Shown: positions 17,575-28,504, counted from the first letter of the stretch. The stretch: DNA of 64,000 nucleotides from Chthonomonadaceae bacterium (GCA_035650735.1 DASRGZ010000017.1:1-64000); one strand, 5' to 3'. A program made the numbers and translations. The notes: generated from the letters alone by a model not told the origin.

Positions 17575-17965
17575 AGGCCCTCACCCCCGGCCCCTCTCCC
17601 GCAGCGTGGGAGAGGGGAGAGTCAGCGTTGGCTTCTGCTCTCCCTTCTGCCTTGCAGGGAGAAGGGCCGGGGAGGAGGGGAGATAAGAGAGTGCGGAAGA
17701 ACCTGGGAGGAAGAGACTCTCCCCTCCCCTGTTGTTGGGGATCGCTAGGCGGAGGGCTGTCGCAAGGCGGAGCCGTGTCGCCAGGTGTCGCAAGGCGGAG
17801 GCAAGGGCCGTAACCTTGCCGACCCTAGCAGTCCGTTGAGCGGCGTCCCTTGCCGTCCGTTGCAGCCCCGACCCTTGCAGTGGGCCGGGGGTGGGGGCGA
17901 CCCTACCCCCTACCCCCTATCCCCTACCCCCTACACCCTGCACACGGGGCCGGGGGTGAGGGCCT
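17575..17965. repeat. Composite repeat cluster (family A, GCNAGG array and CCCCTAC heptamers)
   Basis: 5 GCNAGG followed by 4 CCTNGC within 17744-17878. Heptamer run at 17900-17939. Confidence 0.85.
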
Positions 17966-18194
17966 CTCCTCCAATCATCAGCCCGAATTCTCTATAGACG
18001 CCTGAGCGCGGAGCCGGGGTTTCCTGGCTCCGCGTTGCTTTACGCCCGTATCCGGCTGCCAGTCCGGGAACATAGCGTTTGTCTGCGTAGTCTGTACCAC
18101 GAATGACGCCCCCGGATTTACGGAACTTCCTTGCGGCCCATGAATGCCAGGTAAGCAGACGCGAAACCTATGGCAGGAATGCGAGAACGGCAGC

Positions 18195-19751
18195 ATGAGG
18201 CGGATAATATATTTTCTCATTCCGGCCCTTGCGCTCGGAGGATTGGTTATATGGCGCTTCCTCCAGAATAAACACCAGCAAGCGCTACAGGCGCAGGCGG
18301 CAAGTGCGCGCCGACACGCGCCGCCTATCGTGCGCGTGGCGCCGGCCATCGTCCGCGACATCGTGCATATCTTCCAGGGTGTCGGCAACGTGGAGGCGCC
18401 CTTCGATGTGCGCGTCGCCCCGAAGGTAACCGGACGCCTGGTCTATCTACAGGTCCGGGAAGGCGCTCCCGTCACCCGGGGCGAAGTCTTGGCGCGTCTC
18501 GATGCCTCGGAGATCCAGGCGGCCATCAACCAGCAGCAGGCCGTGGTCGAAAGTGCGCAGGCCAGTCTGGTCAACGCGCAGGTGCATTATAACCGCCTAT
18601 ACGGTCTCTACAAGCAGGGCTTTACCGCCGCGCAGGACATAGACGATGCCCGCACGCAGGTCAATGTCCAGCGGAGCGCCCTCAAAGCCGCCAGAGCGCA
18701 GCTGCGCAATCTCCAGGCCCAGCTTGCCGACACGATCCTTCGCTCGCCCCTCAACGGCTTCGTGACCGCCCGGTTTTTTGATCCCGGCTCCGTTGTGGCC
18801 GCCGGGCAACCCATCGTCACCGTGCAGGCGATGCGGCACGTCTATGTAACGAGCTCCGTGCCGGAAGGCGTTAACCGCAGCATCTATGTGGGGATGCCGG
18901 CCCACGCCGACTTCGATGCGCTGCCGGGCCGCGTTTTCAACGGCAGAGTCGCGCAGCTAAATCCCGCCGCCGATCCGCAAAGCCGGCAGTTCCTCGTGCG
19001 AGCCGTCTTCGACAATCCGCAGAACCTGATTAAACCCGGCATGTTCGGACGCCTGACGATCATCACGCGGGTCACGCATAACGCGGTCGTGGTACCGCAT
19101 GAGGCGGTGCAACCCGGCCCCAAAGGACCGACCGTCGTGGTCGTGGATAATCGCCTGACCGCGCATCGGCGGCCCGTGCGGACCGGCGATCAAGACGCGA
19201 CGGGCATTGCCATCACGCAGGGCGTACAGCCCGGCGAGAAGGTCGTCATCTTGAGCGCGCAGCCGGTTCGCGACGGCCAGATCGTGCGTATTGATAACGG
19301 CGGCATGCCGGTGCAGTTGGCGGGGCTGCCTACCGTGGAAGGGGGTGGCGGCGGTGCTTCGCCCAGCAGCGCCGGCCCACCCTCAGGAGGAGGCGCGAAC
19401 GCTCCGACCTATGGCAGCCCATCGAGCGCAGGCGGCCTGTCGGCGGGCGGCGCCGCCTTTTCTGCCGGCACAGGCGGCCAGGCTGCCGGAATGACCGGTT
19501 CCGGAACCGGGACGAGCGGAGGAGCGGCCTCCAGTGGGAGCAGCACTTCTCCGCCGGCCATCACGCCGCAGGTCTATTCCGGCGCTCCCGGCAGTGCCGG
19601 GCAGGGGACGCAGGGATTAGGGCAGGGAACGCAGGGCATCGGTTCGGGATTGTCGGGCGCTAATCCCTCCGCTTCTCCGGGCGCTCCGGGCACGACTGGC
19701 ACGCAGGCCGCGCCGGGAACGAGAACCGGCGGTGCCTCGGGCGGAAGGTAA
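18195..19751 (+). CDS. RND efflux periplasmic adaptor with long Gly/Ser/Ala-rich tail
   Basis: VAPKVTGRL..VREG, LRSPLNGFV and IKPGMFGR. About 130 aa of low-complexity C-terminus. Confidence 0.92.
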   Translation: MRRIIYFLIPALALGGLVIWRFLQNKHQQALQAQAASARRHAPPIVRVAPAIVRDIVHIFQGVGNVEAPFDVRVAPKVTGRLVYLQVREGAPVTRGEVLARLDASEIQAAINQQQAVVESAQASLVNAQVHYNRLYGLYKQGFTAAQDIDDARTQVNVQRSALKAARAQLRNLQAQLADTILRSPLNGFVTARFFDPGSVVAAGQPIVTVQAMRHVYVTSSVPEGVNRSIYVGMPAHADFDALPGRVFNGRVAQLNPAADPQSRQFLVRAVFDNPQNLIKPGMFGRLTIITRVTHNAVVVPHEAVQPGPKGPTVVVVDNRLTAHRRPVRTGDQDATGIAITQGVQPGEKVVILSAQPVRDGQIVRIDNGGMPVQLAGLPTVEGGGGGASPSSAGPPSGGGANAPTYGSPSSAGGLSAGGAAFSAGTGGQAAGMTGSGTGTSGGAASSGSSTSPPAITPQVYSGAPGSAGQGTQGLGQGTQGIGSGLSGANPSASPGAPGTTGTQAAPGTRTGGASGGR

Positions 19752-19755
19752 AGCA

Positions 19756-22700
19756 ATGAGCATCGCCCGCTTTTCCGTGACGCGCCCGGTGGCGGTCAGC
19801 ATGCGGATCGCCTCCCTGGTGCTGCTGGGCTTCATCTGCCTGATGAAGCTCCCCATTGACCTGCTGCCACGAGTTTCGCTGCCGACGGTTGCCGTTGTGA
19901 CGCAGTGGCCCAACGTCGCCCCGGAAGAGATAGAGACGCAGATCACGCGCCCGATTGAGCAGGCCGTCTCCTCGGCGTCCAACATCTATCAGGTCAGTTC
20001 CACCTCGACGCAGGGGGTCTCTGTCGTCCGCGTCCAGTTCAACTACGGAACCGACGTCGGGCAGGCCGCCGTGGATGTCTTGCAGCAGGTCGAGCGCGCC
20101 CGCCAGGCCTTTCCCAACGATCCGACGCTGCAAACTCCCCTCGTCTATCGGTTTGATCCCTCGCAGCTGCCCATTCTGATCTTTGGGGTGTCGGGAGAGC
20201 AGGATTTAGCGCGGCTTAAGGCGGAGCTGAACAATCAGGTCGCCCCGATCCTCCAATCCGCCGGAGGGGTCGCCTCTGCCGTGGCCACGGGCGGCCTCGA
20301 CCGCGCCATCATCGTAGATGTAGATCCGAACAAGCTGCAATCCTACCATCTGTCGCTTGCCGAGGTCAGCAGGCGCATCGCTCAGGAGAATCTGGAGCTG
20401 CCCGCCGGAATCGCCAGGCGGGGCGAGACCGAATACACCATCCGCAGCGTGGGCTTCCTCCGAAGCCCTCAAGAATTGGCGGCTATTCCGGTCGGCTCCT
20501 ACAACGGGCAGCTTGTCTCCATCGGGCAGGTCGCCACGGTTCGGGACAGCCACCAGGAGCAGCGAGTCTATACGCGCCTGAACGGCCAGCCTGCGGTCGG
20601 CATGACCATTGTCAAGCAGAGCGCGGCCAACACGGTAGATACGGCCAGGAACGTCTTCGCCAAGCTGGAGCAGGTCCAAAAGCTCTATCCCAACCTCAAG
20701 TGGGGAGTAGCCTACGATCAGTCGCAGTTTGTCGTCAATTCCATCGCCGACGTCCGCAACAGCGCCCTGATCGGCGGCCTGCTGGCTATTCTCATCCTGC
20801 TCCTCTTTTTGCGCAACTTCCGCAGCACGCTGGTCGTCGCGCTCTCCATCCCGATCTCGATTATCTCGACATTCACCCTGCTCTATCTGTGCGGCTTTAC
20901 CCTGAACACGCTCTCCCTGAGCGGCCTGTCATTGGCGACCGGGCTGATCGTGGATGATGCGGTCGTGGTCCTGGAGAACATCTTCCGGCATATCGAGCGC
21001 GACCGCAAGCGCCCGGCGGAAGCGGCGGTGACCGGCACCAACGAGATCTCGTCTGCGGTAGTCGCCTCGACGCTCACCGTCATGGTCGTATTCCTGCCGC
21101 TGTTCCTGATTCAGGGACTGGCCGGGCAGATGTTTACCCAATTTGCGCTGGTGGTCGTCTTCTCCATCGCCATCTCGCTGCTGGATGCCCTGACGGTCGT
21201 GCCCATGCTCGCCTCGCGCCTGATCAAAGAGGAAGAGGTGGAGGCGGAAGCGGAAGAATATCAGCACCAAATTCGCGCCGGGGAAAACGGCGACCGACCG
21301 CCAGAGACGGATGCGGCCCGGAAAAAGCGCGGCCCGATGACCTGGCTGTTTGATTGGTTTGGCGAGCGCTACTATGCCCTGGACAGGTCTTACCATCGCG
21401 GGCTAGGGTGGGCGCTCCAGCACCGTGCCTGGGTCATCATCGGCGCCCTCGCCGCTGTAGGAGCGACCTTCTTGATCGCCACCCAGATCGGTACGGAGAT
21501 GCTGCCGCAGAGCGATAGCGGCAACTTCAACGTCACGCTCAGGCTGCCGGTCGGAACGGCCCTCGATGAGACCGATGCGGTCATGCAGCGCGCCGAGCAG
21601 ATAGTAGGCCAAAATCCCGACGTGCAGACGGTCTTTGCTGCCGCAGGCTCGGGCCTGAGCTTGCGCGGAACCACGACTAGCCTCACGCCCTATCAGGGGT
21701 CCATGACCGTGCGCCTGAAGGACAACCGAAAACATAGCACGCAGGAGGTCATGCGGTCTATCCAGAGGCAGTTAGGACAACTGGCCGGCGCCCGCGTCGT
21801 CGTCACTCCCATTGATATCGTCGCACAGCTTATCTCAGGCGGCAACCTGAACGTCGAAGTAGATATCTACGGTTCCGATTTGCCCACGCTGGCCGGCCTC
21901 TCCCGTGATGTTCTCAGCCAGGTACGCAACATTATTCCGGGGATGGAGAACGCGGACGTGAACGTGCAGGAGGCCACGCCGGAGTTGCAGTTCCAGGTGG
22001 ATCGGCAGAAAGCGCTCGAACAGGGCGTCAGTTTTGCCGACATCGCCACTACGATCAACGCCGCTACCAACGGCACCCTCTCCAGCTACTATCAGGAGGG
22101 CGGCTTCCAGTACCCGATCTATGTCCAGTTGCCGGAAGCGACCCGAAAGGACATCGATCAGATTCTCAATATTCCCATTAGCTCGGGAACGGGCGGTTCG
22201 ACCGGCACTTCAGGCACAGCCGGCGCGGGCAGCGCGGCAGGGAGCGCCCCGACCGCGACGGCGGCAGGCGGGAATAACTACGTTCTATTGCGGGTGGTCG
22301 CTCAGCCTTCTGTTCAACAGGGCCCCAACGAGATTCTGCGCCAGAACAGCCAGCGTTACATCGGGATCACAGCGGTCACCCAGGGACGGCCCCAGAGCCA
22401 GATACTGGCGGACCTGCGGAAGCTGCTCTCCCGATACCGCTTCCCGCCCGGCTATTACTGGGATTTTGGCCTGACGCAGCGCCAGCAGAGCGAGGAGTTC
22501 GCAGGCCTGGGCCTGGCGGTCGGGATGGCCATTGCGCTGATCTATATGCTGCTGGCTTCGCAGTTCGAATCGTTCATCCATCCCCTGACGATCCTGGTTT
22601 CCGTGCCGCTCTCCTCTCTGGGCGTGGCGCTGGCGCTGTTTCTGACCGGGCGGTCCTTCGGCTTGACGGCGTTCATCGGCCTGCTGCTGCTGATCGGCAT

Positions 22701-23088
22701 CGTCGTCAAGAACGGCATTCTGCTGATTGACTATACCAACCATCTGCGCGCTCGCGGCCTGGAACGCGACGAGGCGGTCCTGACGGCCAGCCCCACGCGT
22801 ATGCGTCCTATCCTGATGACCGCCTCCGCCGCCGCTCTAGGCATGCTTCCGCTGGCGCTGGGCATCGGGAAAGGCTCAGAAACGCAAGCGCCGCTGGCGA
22901 CCGCCGTGATCGGCGGATTGACAACATCCACGCTGCTGACGCTGTTCGTCGTGCCTGTCGTCTACACGCTCTTCGATGACCTGGGACGTTTCCTGCGCAG
23001 AGAGAAACGGGACCTGGCGGCGCCGACGCTTATCCCGCCCAGCGTGGAGGCGGTCGATCGCGCGCCTATGCGACCGCGTGCGCGGTAA
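19756..23088 (+). CDS. RND efflux permease (AcrB/SwrC-like)
   Basis: RPVAV, GLIVDDAVVVLENI, GIVVKNGILLIDY and RMRPILMT. Confidence 0.95.
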   Translation: MSIARFSVTRPVAVSMRIASLVLLGFICLMKLPIDLLPRVSLPTVAVVTQWPNVAPEEIETQITRPIEQAVSSASNIYQVSSTSTQGVSVVRVQFNYGTDVGQAAVDVLQQVERARQAFPNDPTLQTPLVYRFDPSQLPILIFGVSGEQDLARLKAELNNQVAPILQSAGGVASAVATGGLDRAIIVDVDPNKLQSYHLSLAEVSRRIAQENLELPAGIARRGETEYTIRSVGFLRSPQELAAIPVGSYNGQLVSIGQVATVRDSHQEQRVYTRLNGQPAVGMTIVKQSAANTVDTARNVFAKLEQVQKLYPNLKWGVAYDQSQFVVNSIADVRNSALIGGLLAILILLLFLRNFRSTLVVALSIPISIISTFTLLYLCGFTLNTLSLSGLSLATGLIVDDAVVVLENIFRHIERDRKRPAEAAVTGTNEISSAVVASTLTVMVVFLPLFLIQGLAGQMFTQFALVVVFSIAISLLDALTVVPMLASRLIKEEEVEAEAEEYQHQIRAGENGDRPPETDAARKKRGPMTWLFDWFGERYYALDRSYHRGLGWALQHRAWVIIGALAAVGATFLIATQIGTEMLPQSDSGNFNVTLRLPVGTALDETDAVMQRAEQIVGQNPDVQTVFAAAGSGLSLRGTTTSLTPYQGSMTVRLKDNRKHSTQEVMRSIQRQLGQLAGARVVVTPIDIVAQLISGGNLNVEVDIYGSDLPTLAGLSRDVLSQVRNIIPGMENADVNVQEATPELQFQVDRQKALEQGVSFADIATTINAATNGTLSSYYQEGGFQYPIYVQLPEATRKDIDQILNIPISSGTGGSTGTSGTAGAGSAAGSAPTATAAGGNNYVLLRVVAQPSVQQGPNEILRQNSQRYIGITAVTQGRPQSQILADLRKLLSRYRFPPGYYWDFGLTQRQQSEEFAGLGLAVGMAIALIYMLLASQFESFIHPLTILVSVPLSSLGVALALFLTGRSFGLTAFIGLLLLIGIVVKNGILLIDYTNHLRARGLERDEAVLTASPTRMRPILMTASAAALGMLPLALGIGKGSETQAPLATAVIGGLTTSTLLTLFVVPVVYTLFDDLGRFLRREKRDLAAPTLIPPSVEAVDRAPMRPRAR

Positions 23089-23102
23089 GTCTGAGGCAGG
23101 CG

Positions 23103-23420
23103 ATGTGGATCTATACCAAGCCCCGAAGCGAGCATGATAGCCGCTTCCTCTTGAATCTGGATCACTGCTCTCGCATCAACATCAGCCAGTTGGGCGAGCG
23201 ATGGTTTATCGAGGCGATGCTGGAATCGGAATCGATCCCGGTAGCGGCAGCGGGCTCACAGGAGGAGGCCACGGCTCTCCTCAAGCAGGTCTTCGATGGC
23301 CTGAAAGCAGGCGAGAAGGCGCTGGATCTGGATGCGCTCCCGAGGGGAGAATCAGAGGAAGAACAAGAGACGCCCCCAGCAACGCCCTTGTCAGAGGCTG
23401 TGGCCGCGCAACAGACGTGA
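23103..23420 (+). CDS. Hypothetical protein
   Basis: Compact ORF with GAGG upstream, in operon position. Confidence 0.65.
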   Translation: MWIYTKPRSEHDSRFLLNLDHCSRINISQLGERWFIEAMLESESIPVAAAGSQEEATALLKQVFDGLKAGEKALDLDALPRGESEEEQETPPATPLSEAVAAQQT

Positions 23421-23464
23421 TTCCTCCGGGACAAGAGCAGCTCAACGCAAGGAGGGATACGCCT

Positions 23465-25105
23465 GTGCATGAGGTGGAGGTTCTGCTGGGACTGCTGGTC
23501 GTGGTGGCCGCCCTCGTCGCTGTATCTCGTCATCTGAGTGTGCCTTACCCCGTTTTGCTCGTTCTGGGCGGACTGGTGCTGGCGCTGGTGCCGGGGCTGC
23601 CTACCATCCAACTGAATCCGGATCTGATTTTCCTGCTCTTTTTGCCGCCCTTGCTCTATTGGGAAACGCTGTCGGTTCCCTTTCGAGACTTGCGCGCCAA
23701 CACCCGTCCCATCCTCTGGCTTGCCATTGGTCTGGTGCTGGCGACAACCGGAGCCGTCGCCTGGGTGGCCCATCGGGTCATACCGGGACTGACATGGCCC
23801 GCCGCTTTCGTGCTGGGAGCCATTCTTGCGCCGACGGATGAGGTCGCCGCTACCGAAGTAGCTACCCGCCTGCCCATTCCCCGTCGGGTCCTGACCATCC
23901 TCGAAGGCGAAAGCCTGATCAATGACGCCATCTCCCTCGTCGCCTATCGCATGGCGGTTGCCGCTGCCGTGACGGGAGCGTTCTCCCTGCGCAGCGCCAG
24001 TCTGCAATTTCTGGCCGTTGGCCTGGGCGGCGTGAGCATTGGGCTGGCGGTCGGTTGGGGGATCGCCTGGCTGCGTCGTCGTTTGCTGGCCGACCCACCC
24101 GTTGAGAATACGATTTCGTTTCTGACTCCCTTTGCGGCCTACCTGCTTGCGGAAGCCCTTGGCGCTTCCGTAGTGCTGGCCGTCGTGACTATCGGCCTCT
24201 ACTGGCAGCGGCAGGGTCCGCGTATCGTCTCTTCGCGGGCACGCCTTCAGGCGCAGGCAGTCTGGCAGATGCTCAGCTTCCTCCTCAACGGCCTGCTCTT
24301 TATCCTGACGGGATTGCAGCTCCGGTTGATCCTGAGCGCGGGCCTGCCCCAATCGGTCCCTGTGGTGCTTGGCTATATCGCGAGTATCCTGGTCACGCTT
24401 ATCCTGGTGCGTGCCCTCTGGGTCTTCCTCGTTGCCTATGTGCCGCGCGCGCTCAGCCCGCGCCTGCGTCGGCAGGACCCGTATCCGCCCTGGCAATCGG
24501 TACTTCTCATCGTCTGGACAGGCATCCGTGGTGGGATATCCTTGCTTACCGCCCTGGCGATACCGTTGACTCTGGCCGGGGGCCAACCCTTTCCGCAGCG
24601 CAGCCTGATCCTCTACATCGCCTTTGTCATCATTTTGGCCACCCTCTTGCTGCAAGGGCTAAGTCTGCCCTGGCTGATTCGCCTTCTTAAGATCCCGGAG
24701 GAGGATGGATGGGAACAAGAGGAGACCCGAGCGCGCCTGGCGGCGATCCATGCGGCGCTCTCGCATCTGGATACGTTAGCCCCAAGAACAAACAAGCAGA
24801 AAGACGATGGGGGAAAGACGGAACCGGGCGCGGAATCGATTCCTCCGGAAACGATTGCGGATCTGCGCCACCATTATCTGATGCGTAAGCAGCATCTAGC
24901 CTCGCGTGCGCGGGGAGAAGAGAGCGATGGCGACCAGGCGCAGGCAGAGGCATATCGGAAGCTGCGCCGCGACTTGATCCAGGCCGAACGCGAGACGGTG
25001 ATACGGCTGCGCGATGAGGACACCATCAATGATGAGGTTCTGCGCCGTATTCAGCGAGACCTGGATCTGGAGGAAATACGCCTGGGACCACCGTTGGAAC
25101 CCTGA
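23465..25105 (+). CDS. Na+/H+ antiporter, CPA1 family (YjcE/NhaG-like)
   Basis: FLPPLLY, LAPTDEVA, LEGESLINDA, GIRGGISL and RRIQRDLDLEE. GTG start after AGGAGG. Confidence 0.92.
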   Translation: MHEVEVLLGLLVVVAALVAVSRHLSVPYPVLLVLGGLVLALVPGLPTIQLNPDLIFLLFLPPLLYWETLSVPFRDLRANTRPILWLAIGLVLATTGAVAWVAHRVIPGLTWPAAFVLGAILAPTDEVAATEVATRLPIPRRVLTILEGESLINDAISLVAYRMAVAAAVTGAFSLRSASLQFLAVGLGGVSIGLAVGWGIAWLRRRLLADPPVENTISFLTPFAAYLLAEALGASVVLAVVTIGLYWQRQGPRIVSSRARLQAQAVWQMLSFLLNGLLFILTGLQLRLILSAGLPQSVPVVLGYIASILVTLILVRALWVFLVAYVPRALSPRLRRQDPYPPWQSVLLIVWTGIRGGISLLTALAIPLTLAGGQPFPQRSLILYIAFVIILATLLLQGLSLPWLIRLLKIPEEDGWEQEETRARLAAIHAALSHLDTLAPRTNKQKDDGGKTEPGAESIPPETIADLRHHYLMRKQHLASRARGEESDGDQAQAEAYRKLRRDLIQAERETVIRLRDEDTINDEVLRRIQRDLDLEEIRLGPPLEP

Positions 25106-25118
25106 GCAGCCCTCGGCT

Positions 25119-25213
25119 GTGCGGCAGGCGAAACCCTGCCGCTGTGAAGCCTACGGCCCGCCGACTGCCAGGGTCGGCGCTGCAACGGTTCGCGCCTCGG
25201 CCTGGCGATACCT
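25119..25213. repeat. Partial family-B repeat (GCGGCAGG..CCTGCCGC end plus GCNAGG modules)
   Basis: Matches the reverse-complement end of the 30517 and 38782 elements. Confidence 0.7.
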
Positions 25214-25254
25214 TTGTGGGCAGGAAAAGCGTCGTCCATGAGGGGTCGGACGCT

Positions 25255-26304
25255 TCATCGATCGCGCTGCACCACGTAGTCAGTGAGAGCGGCGAAGCAG
25301 TCACGCGCGGTCGAAGGAGGCAACAGGCTCAGCGCCGCCGCCGCCTGCTCCACCTGGTCGCGGGCCTGGGCGCGGGTGCGGTCGAAAGCGTTATGCGCGT
25401 CCAGGATGGCGCAGACCTCCAGCACGCCCGCGTCGTCCAGGGCGGGGTTGCCGAAGGCCCTCAGGAGCCGCTCGCGCTCCGCCGGCGTCGCCTCTTGCAA
25501 GGCCAGCAGGAAGGGCAGGGTCGCCCGCCCGTCGCGCAGGTCGCTGCCGCGCGGCTTGCCGGTAATCAGAGGGTCGCCGGTATAGTCGAGCAGGTCGTCG
25601 GCGATCTGGAAGGCCATCCCCAGGCGATAGCCATAGGCAGCCAGCGCCTTCTCCAGCGCCGAATCCGCGCCGCCCAGGATCGCCCCACAGCGGCAGCAGC
25701 CCTCCACGAACACCGCCGTCTTCTTGCGCAGGATCTCCATATACGCGGCCAATGGCAGGTCCGGCTTGCCCGTGGCCGCGATCTCCATGACCTCGCCCTC
25801 GCTCATCTCCACCGTGATTTCGGATACCGTGCGGATCACGCCAATATCACCATCCAGGGCCAGCATGCGCATAGCCCGCGCCAGAATATAGTCGCCGCTC
25901 AGCACGGCCACGCCATTGCCAAAGACCGCGTTGGCCGTCGGCTTGCCCCGGCGCGTGGATGTGTTGTCCACTACATCGTCATGGACAAGCGTGGCCATGT
26001 GGACGAACTCCACGGAAGCCCCAACCGTCGCGATGCGCTCCGTGCCCAGCTCGGGCCGAAGGGCGCGGGCCGCGAAGGCGACCATCGCCGGGCGCAGCCG
26101 CTTGCCGCCGGCATTGAGGACATGGTGGGTCAGGGCGTAGACTTCCCGCACATCCGAGCCGAGCTCGGCGTTCATGCGCGCCTCGACGGCGTCCAGGTCG
26201 GGCCGGATATAGTCGAGAAAGGAGACCGCCGAAGCCGACGCCTGCGCCGTTCCGGCGCCGTCCGGTTCGCCTGTGGGGGCAACGATGTAGGTCGTCACGC
26301 TCAT
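25255..26304 (-). CDS. Polyprenyl diphosphate synthase
   Basis: GGKRLRP, LVHDDVVD..RRG and FQIADDLLD. Confidence 0.95.
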   Translation of the reverse strand: MSVTTYIVAPTGEPDGAGTAQASASAVSFLDYIRPDLDAVEARMNAELGSDVREVYALTHHVLNAGGKRLRPAMVAFAARALRPELGTERIATVGASVEFVHMATLVHDDVVDNTSTRRGKPTANAVFGNGVAVLSGDYILARAMRMLALDGDIGVIRTVSEITVEMSEGEVMEIAATGKPDLPLAAYMEILRKKTAVFVEGCCRCGAILGGADSALEKALAAYGYRLGMAFQIADDLLDYTGDPLITGKPRGSDLRDGRATLPFLLALQEATPAERERLLRAFGNPALDDAGVLEVCAILDAHNAFDRTRAQARDQVEQAAAALSLLPPSTARDCFAALTDYVVQRDR

Positions 26305-27089
26305 GCTCGTGTTTTCGCCTCCGGGGGCAGGGGCTTTCTTCCCAGGTGAATACAAACGGTGCCGAAATTCAGGTCGCGCACCTGGATTTCGCCCAGCCCG
26401 GCCCGCTCCATCGCCGCTGCCAGCTCCTCACGGGAGACGAACTGCTGCATCGACTCCGGCAGATAGGTGTAGGCTTCCCGGCGGCTGAGCAGCCCGCCGA
26501 TGCGTGGTAGGATGTGGAACAGGTAGAAATCCACGAACGGCCTGTACCAGCGGTCAGGCGGGCGGTTAAATTCGAGAATGACCACGCGCCCGCCCGGCTT
26601 GACGACGCGGGCCATCTCGCCAATAGCCCGCTCAATATGGGCGACATTGCGGATGCCAAAGCCGACGGTGGCGGCGTCGAAAGCGTTGGAGGGATAGGGA
26701 AGGGATTCGGCGTTGGCGACCATCATGGCGATGGGGCCGCCCCTAGCGCGGGCGATCTTGCCGAGGCCGTGGCGGATCATCGGCTCGCAGAAGTCGGCGC
26801 CGACCACGCGCCCGGTCGGGCCGACGGCGCGGGCTAGATCGAGGGCAAAGTCGCCGGTGCCAGTGCAGACATCCAGGCATCGGTCGCCAGGCTGTAGGCA
26901 GGCCATACGAACGGCCAGCCGCCGCCAGGCTTTGTGTTGGTTGAAGCTCAGGATGGCGTTGAGCAGATCATAGCGCGGCGCGATGCCCGCAAACATCTCG
27001 CGTACGTAGCGCTCTTTGTCGCCGGTATAGAGGGGGCGCGTCTGCCTGCCGCCCACCTGCCCCTGGTTCTGAAAGACTGCCCGCGCCAT
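26301..27089 (-). CDS. menG: Demethylmenaquinone methyltransferase
   Basis: VREMFAGIAPRYDLLN, LDVCTGTGD, GFGIRNV and AYTYLPES. Confidence 0.93.
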   Translation of the reverse strand: MARAVFQNQGQVGGRQTRPLYTGDKERYVREMFAGIAPRYDLLNAILSFNQHKAWRRLAVRMACLQPGDRCLDVCTGTGDFALDLARAVGPTGRVVGADFCEPMIRHGLGKIARARGGPIAMMVANAESLPYPSNAFDAATVGFGIRNVAHIERAIGEMARVVKPGGRVVILEFNRPPDRWYRPFVDFYLFHILPRIGGLLSRREAYTYLPESMQQFVSREELAAAMERAGLGEIQVRDLNFGTVCIHLGRKPLPPEAKTRA

Positions 27090-27402
27090 TGTATGCTCCG
27101 CTGCGCCGCTGCGCTTCCTGGCCGCCGGTCGCGAAGAGGTGCCTGCGCCTGACCAACTTCGTTGTCTTTTTCACAAATTGTGTGCCAGTATACCCCGCAA
27201 GCCCTCTTGCTGTCAATCAAAACCCGGCGGGTATATCCAAACGGCTGCCAGTGTTTTTACCGCGTCAAGTGGCGCACGCGATCCTGCCTGTAAGCTATTC
27301 GCCACGCCTCCCGCGCGCCGGCCATTCGCTTGTTTTTCCCGCGTTGCCAGACCGTCTGAGGGCCTTCGGCCATCCCGCCCCGTTGGAACTCCATTGGGTC
27401 GC

Positions 27403-27432
27403 TTGCGCGTTAATCCTGATAAATGCTATAAT
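27403..27432 (+). promoter_or_regulatory. Extended -10 promoter for the cysteine-synthase operon
   Basis: TTGCGC-18 bp-TATAAT with TG. Confidence 0.65.
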
Positions 27433-27505
27433 CAAAGTCAAGATAAAGCATCGCCAACCCCTAAACTTAGGGAACTGGCGGTTGGAGTCAGAAGTAGATA
27501 ACACC

Positions 27506-28504
27506 ATGAGCCTATCCGAAATGGGTGAACTCTATAGCGCGCTGCACGTCCCCAAGTCGAACGGGGCCGCAGTCCAATCTTCCCATGGGGTGGACCTGAT
27601 CGACCTGATCGGCAACACGCCCCTGATCCGCCTGCGGCGCGTGGTCCCGGACAACCCGCGGGTGGAGATCTACGGCAAGGCCGAATGGGCCAACCCCGGC
27701 GGCTCAGTCAAGGATCGGCCCGCTCTGAATATGATCCTGGAGGGCGAGCGGTCAGGACAACTGCGGCCCGGCAAGATCATCCTGGACGCCACTTCCGGCA
27801 ACACGGGCATCGCCTACGCCATGATCGGGGCGGCGCGCGGCTATCCGGTGCATCTGTGCCTGCCGGTCAACGCCAACGAGGAGCGCAAGCAACTGCTGCG
27901 CGCTTACGGCGCCCACCTGATTTTAACCGATCCGCGCCTCTCCTCCGACGGAGCCATCCTGAAGGCGCGCGAGCTTTATCAGGCGGACCCGGAGAAGTAT
28001 TTCTATCCCGATCAATACAATAACCCGGCCAACTGGCAGGCGCATTACCAGACTACCGCGCCGGAGATCTGGGCGCAGACGGAGGGGCGCGTCACCCACT
28101 TCGTCGCCGGGCTGGGCACCAGCGGCACGTTTGTGGGAACGGGGCGGCGGCTGCGCGAGCTCAATCCCCATATCCGCCTGATCTCCTTCCAGCCCGACTC
28201 GCCTTTTCACGGTCTGGAAGGCATGAAGCATATGGAATCCGCCATCGTCCCCGGCATCTATGACCCCACCCTGGCCGACGAGAACCGCGAGGTGGGCACG
28301 GAGGAGGCCCACGGGATGGTCAAGCGGCTGGCGCGCGAGGAGGGGATTCTGGTCGGCATCTCCGGGGGCGCCGCGCTGGTCTGCGCGCTGCGCGTTGCCG
28401 AGCAACTCGACGAGGGCGTGATCGTGACCATCTTTCCCGATAGCGGCACGCGATATCTCTCCGAACGGTTCTGGCAGGAGGACGAGGATGATCCGTCTGT
28501 CTGA
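27506..28504 (+). CDS. cysM: PLP-dependent cysteine synthase (CysM-type)
   Basis: IGNTPL, NPGGSVKDRPA, DATSGNTG and GLGTSGT. Confidence 0.9.
   Translation: MSLSEMGELYSALHVPKSNGAAVQSSHGVDLIDLIGNTPLIRLRRVVPDNPRVEIYGKAEWANPGGSVKDRPALNMILEGERSGQLRPGKIILDATSGNTGIAYAMIGAARGYPVHLCLPVNANEERKQLLRAYGAHLILTDPRLSSDGAILKARELYQADPEKYFYPDQYNNPANWQAHYQTTAPEIWAQTEGRVTHFVAGLGTSGTFVGTGRRLRELNPHIRLISFQPDSPFHGLEGMKHMESAIVPGIYDPTLADENREVGTEEAHGMVKRLAREEGILVGISGGAALVCALRVAEQLDEGVIVTIFPDSGTRYLSERFWQEDEDDPSV

Noticed and set aside
17744..17878. GCNAGG arrays as a CRISPR array
   Set aside because: Units are short, degenerate, irregularly spaced and switch polarity. No cas genes are present.
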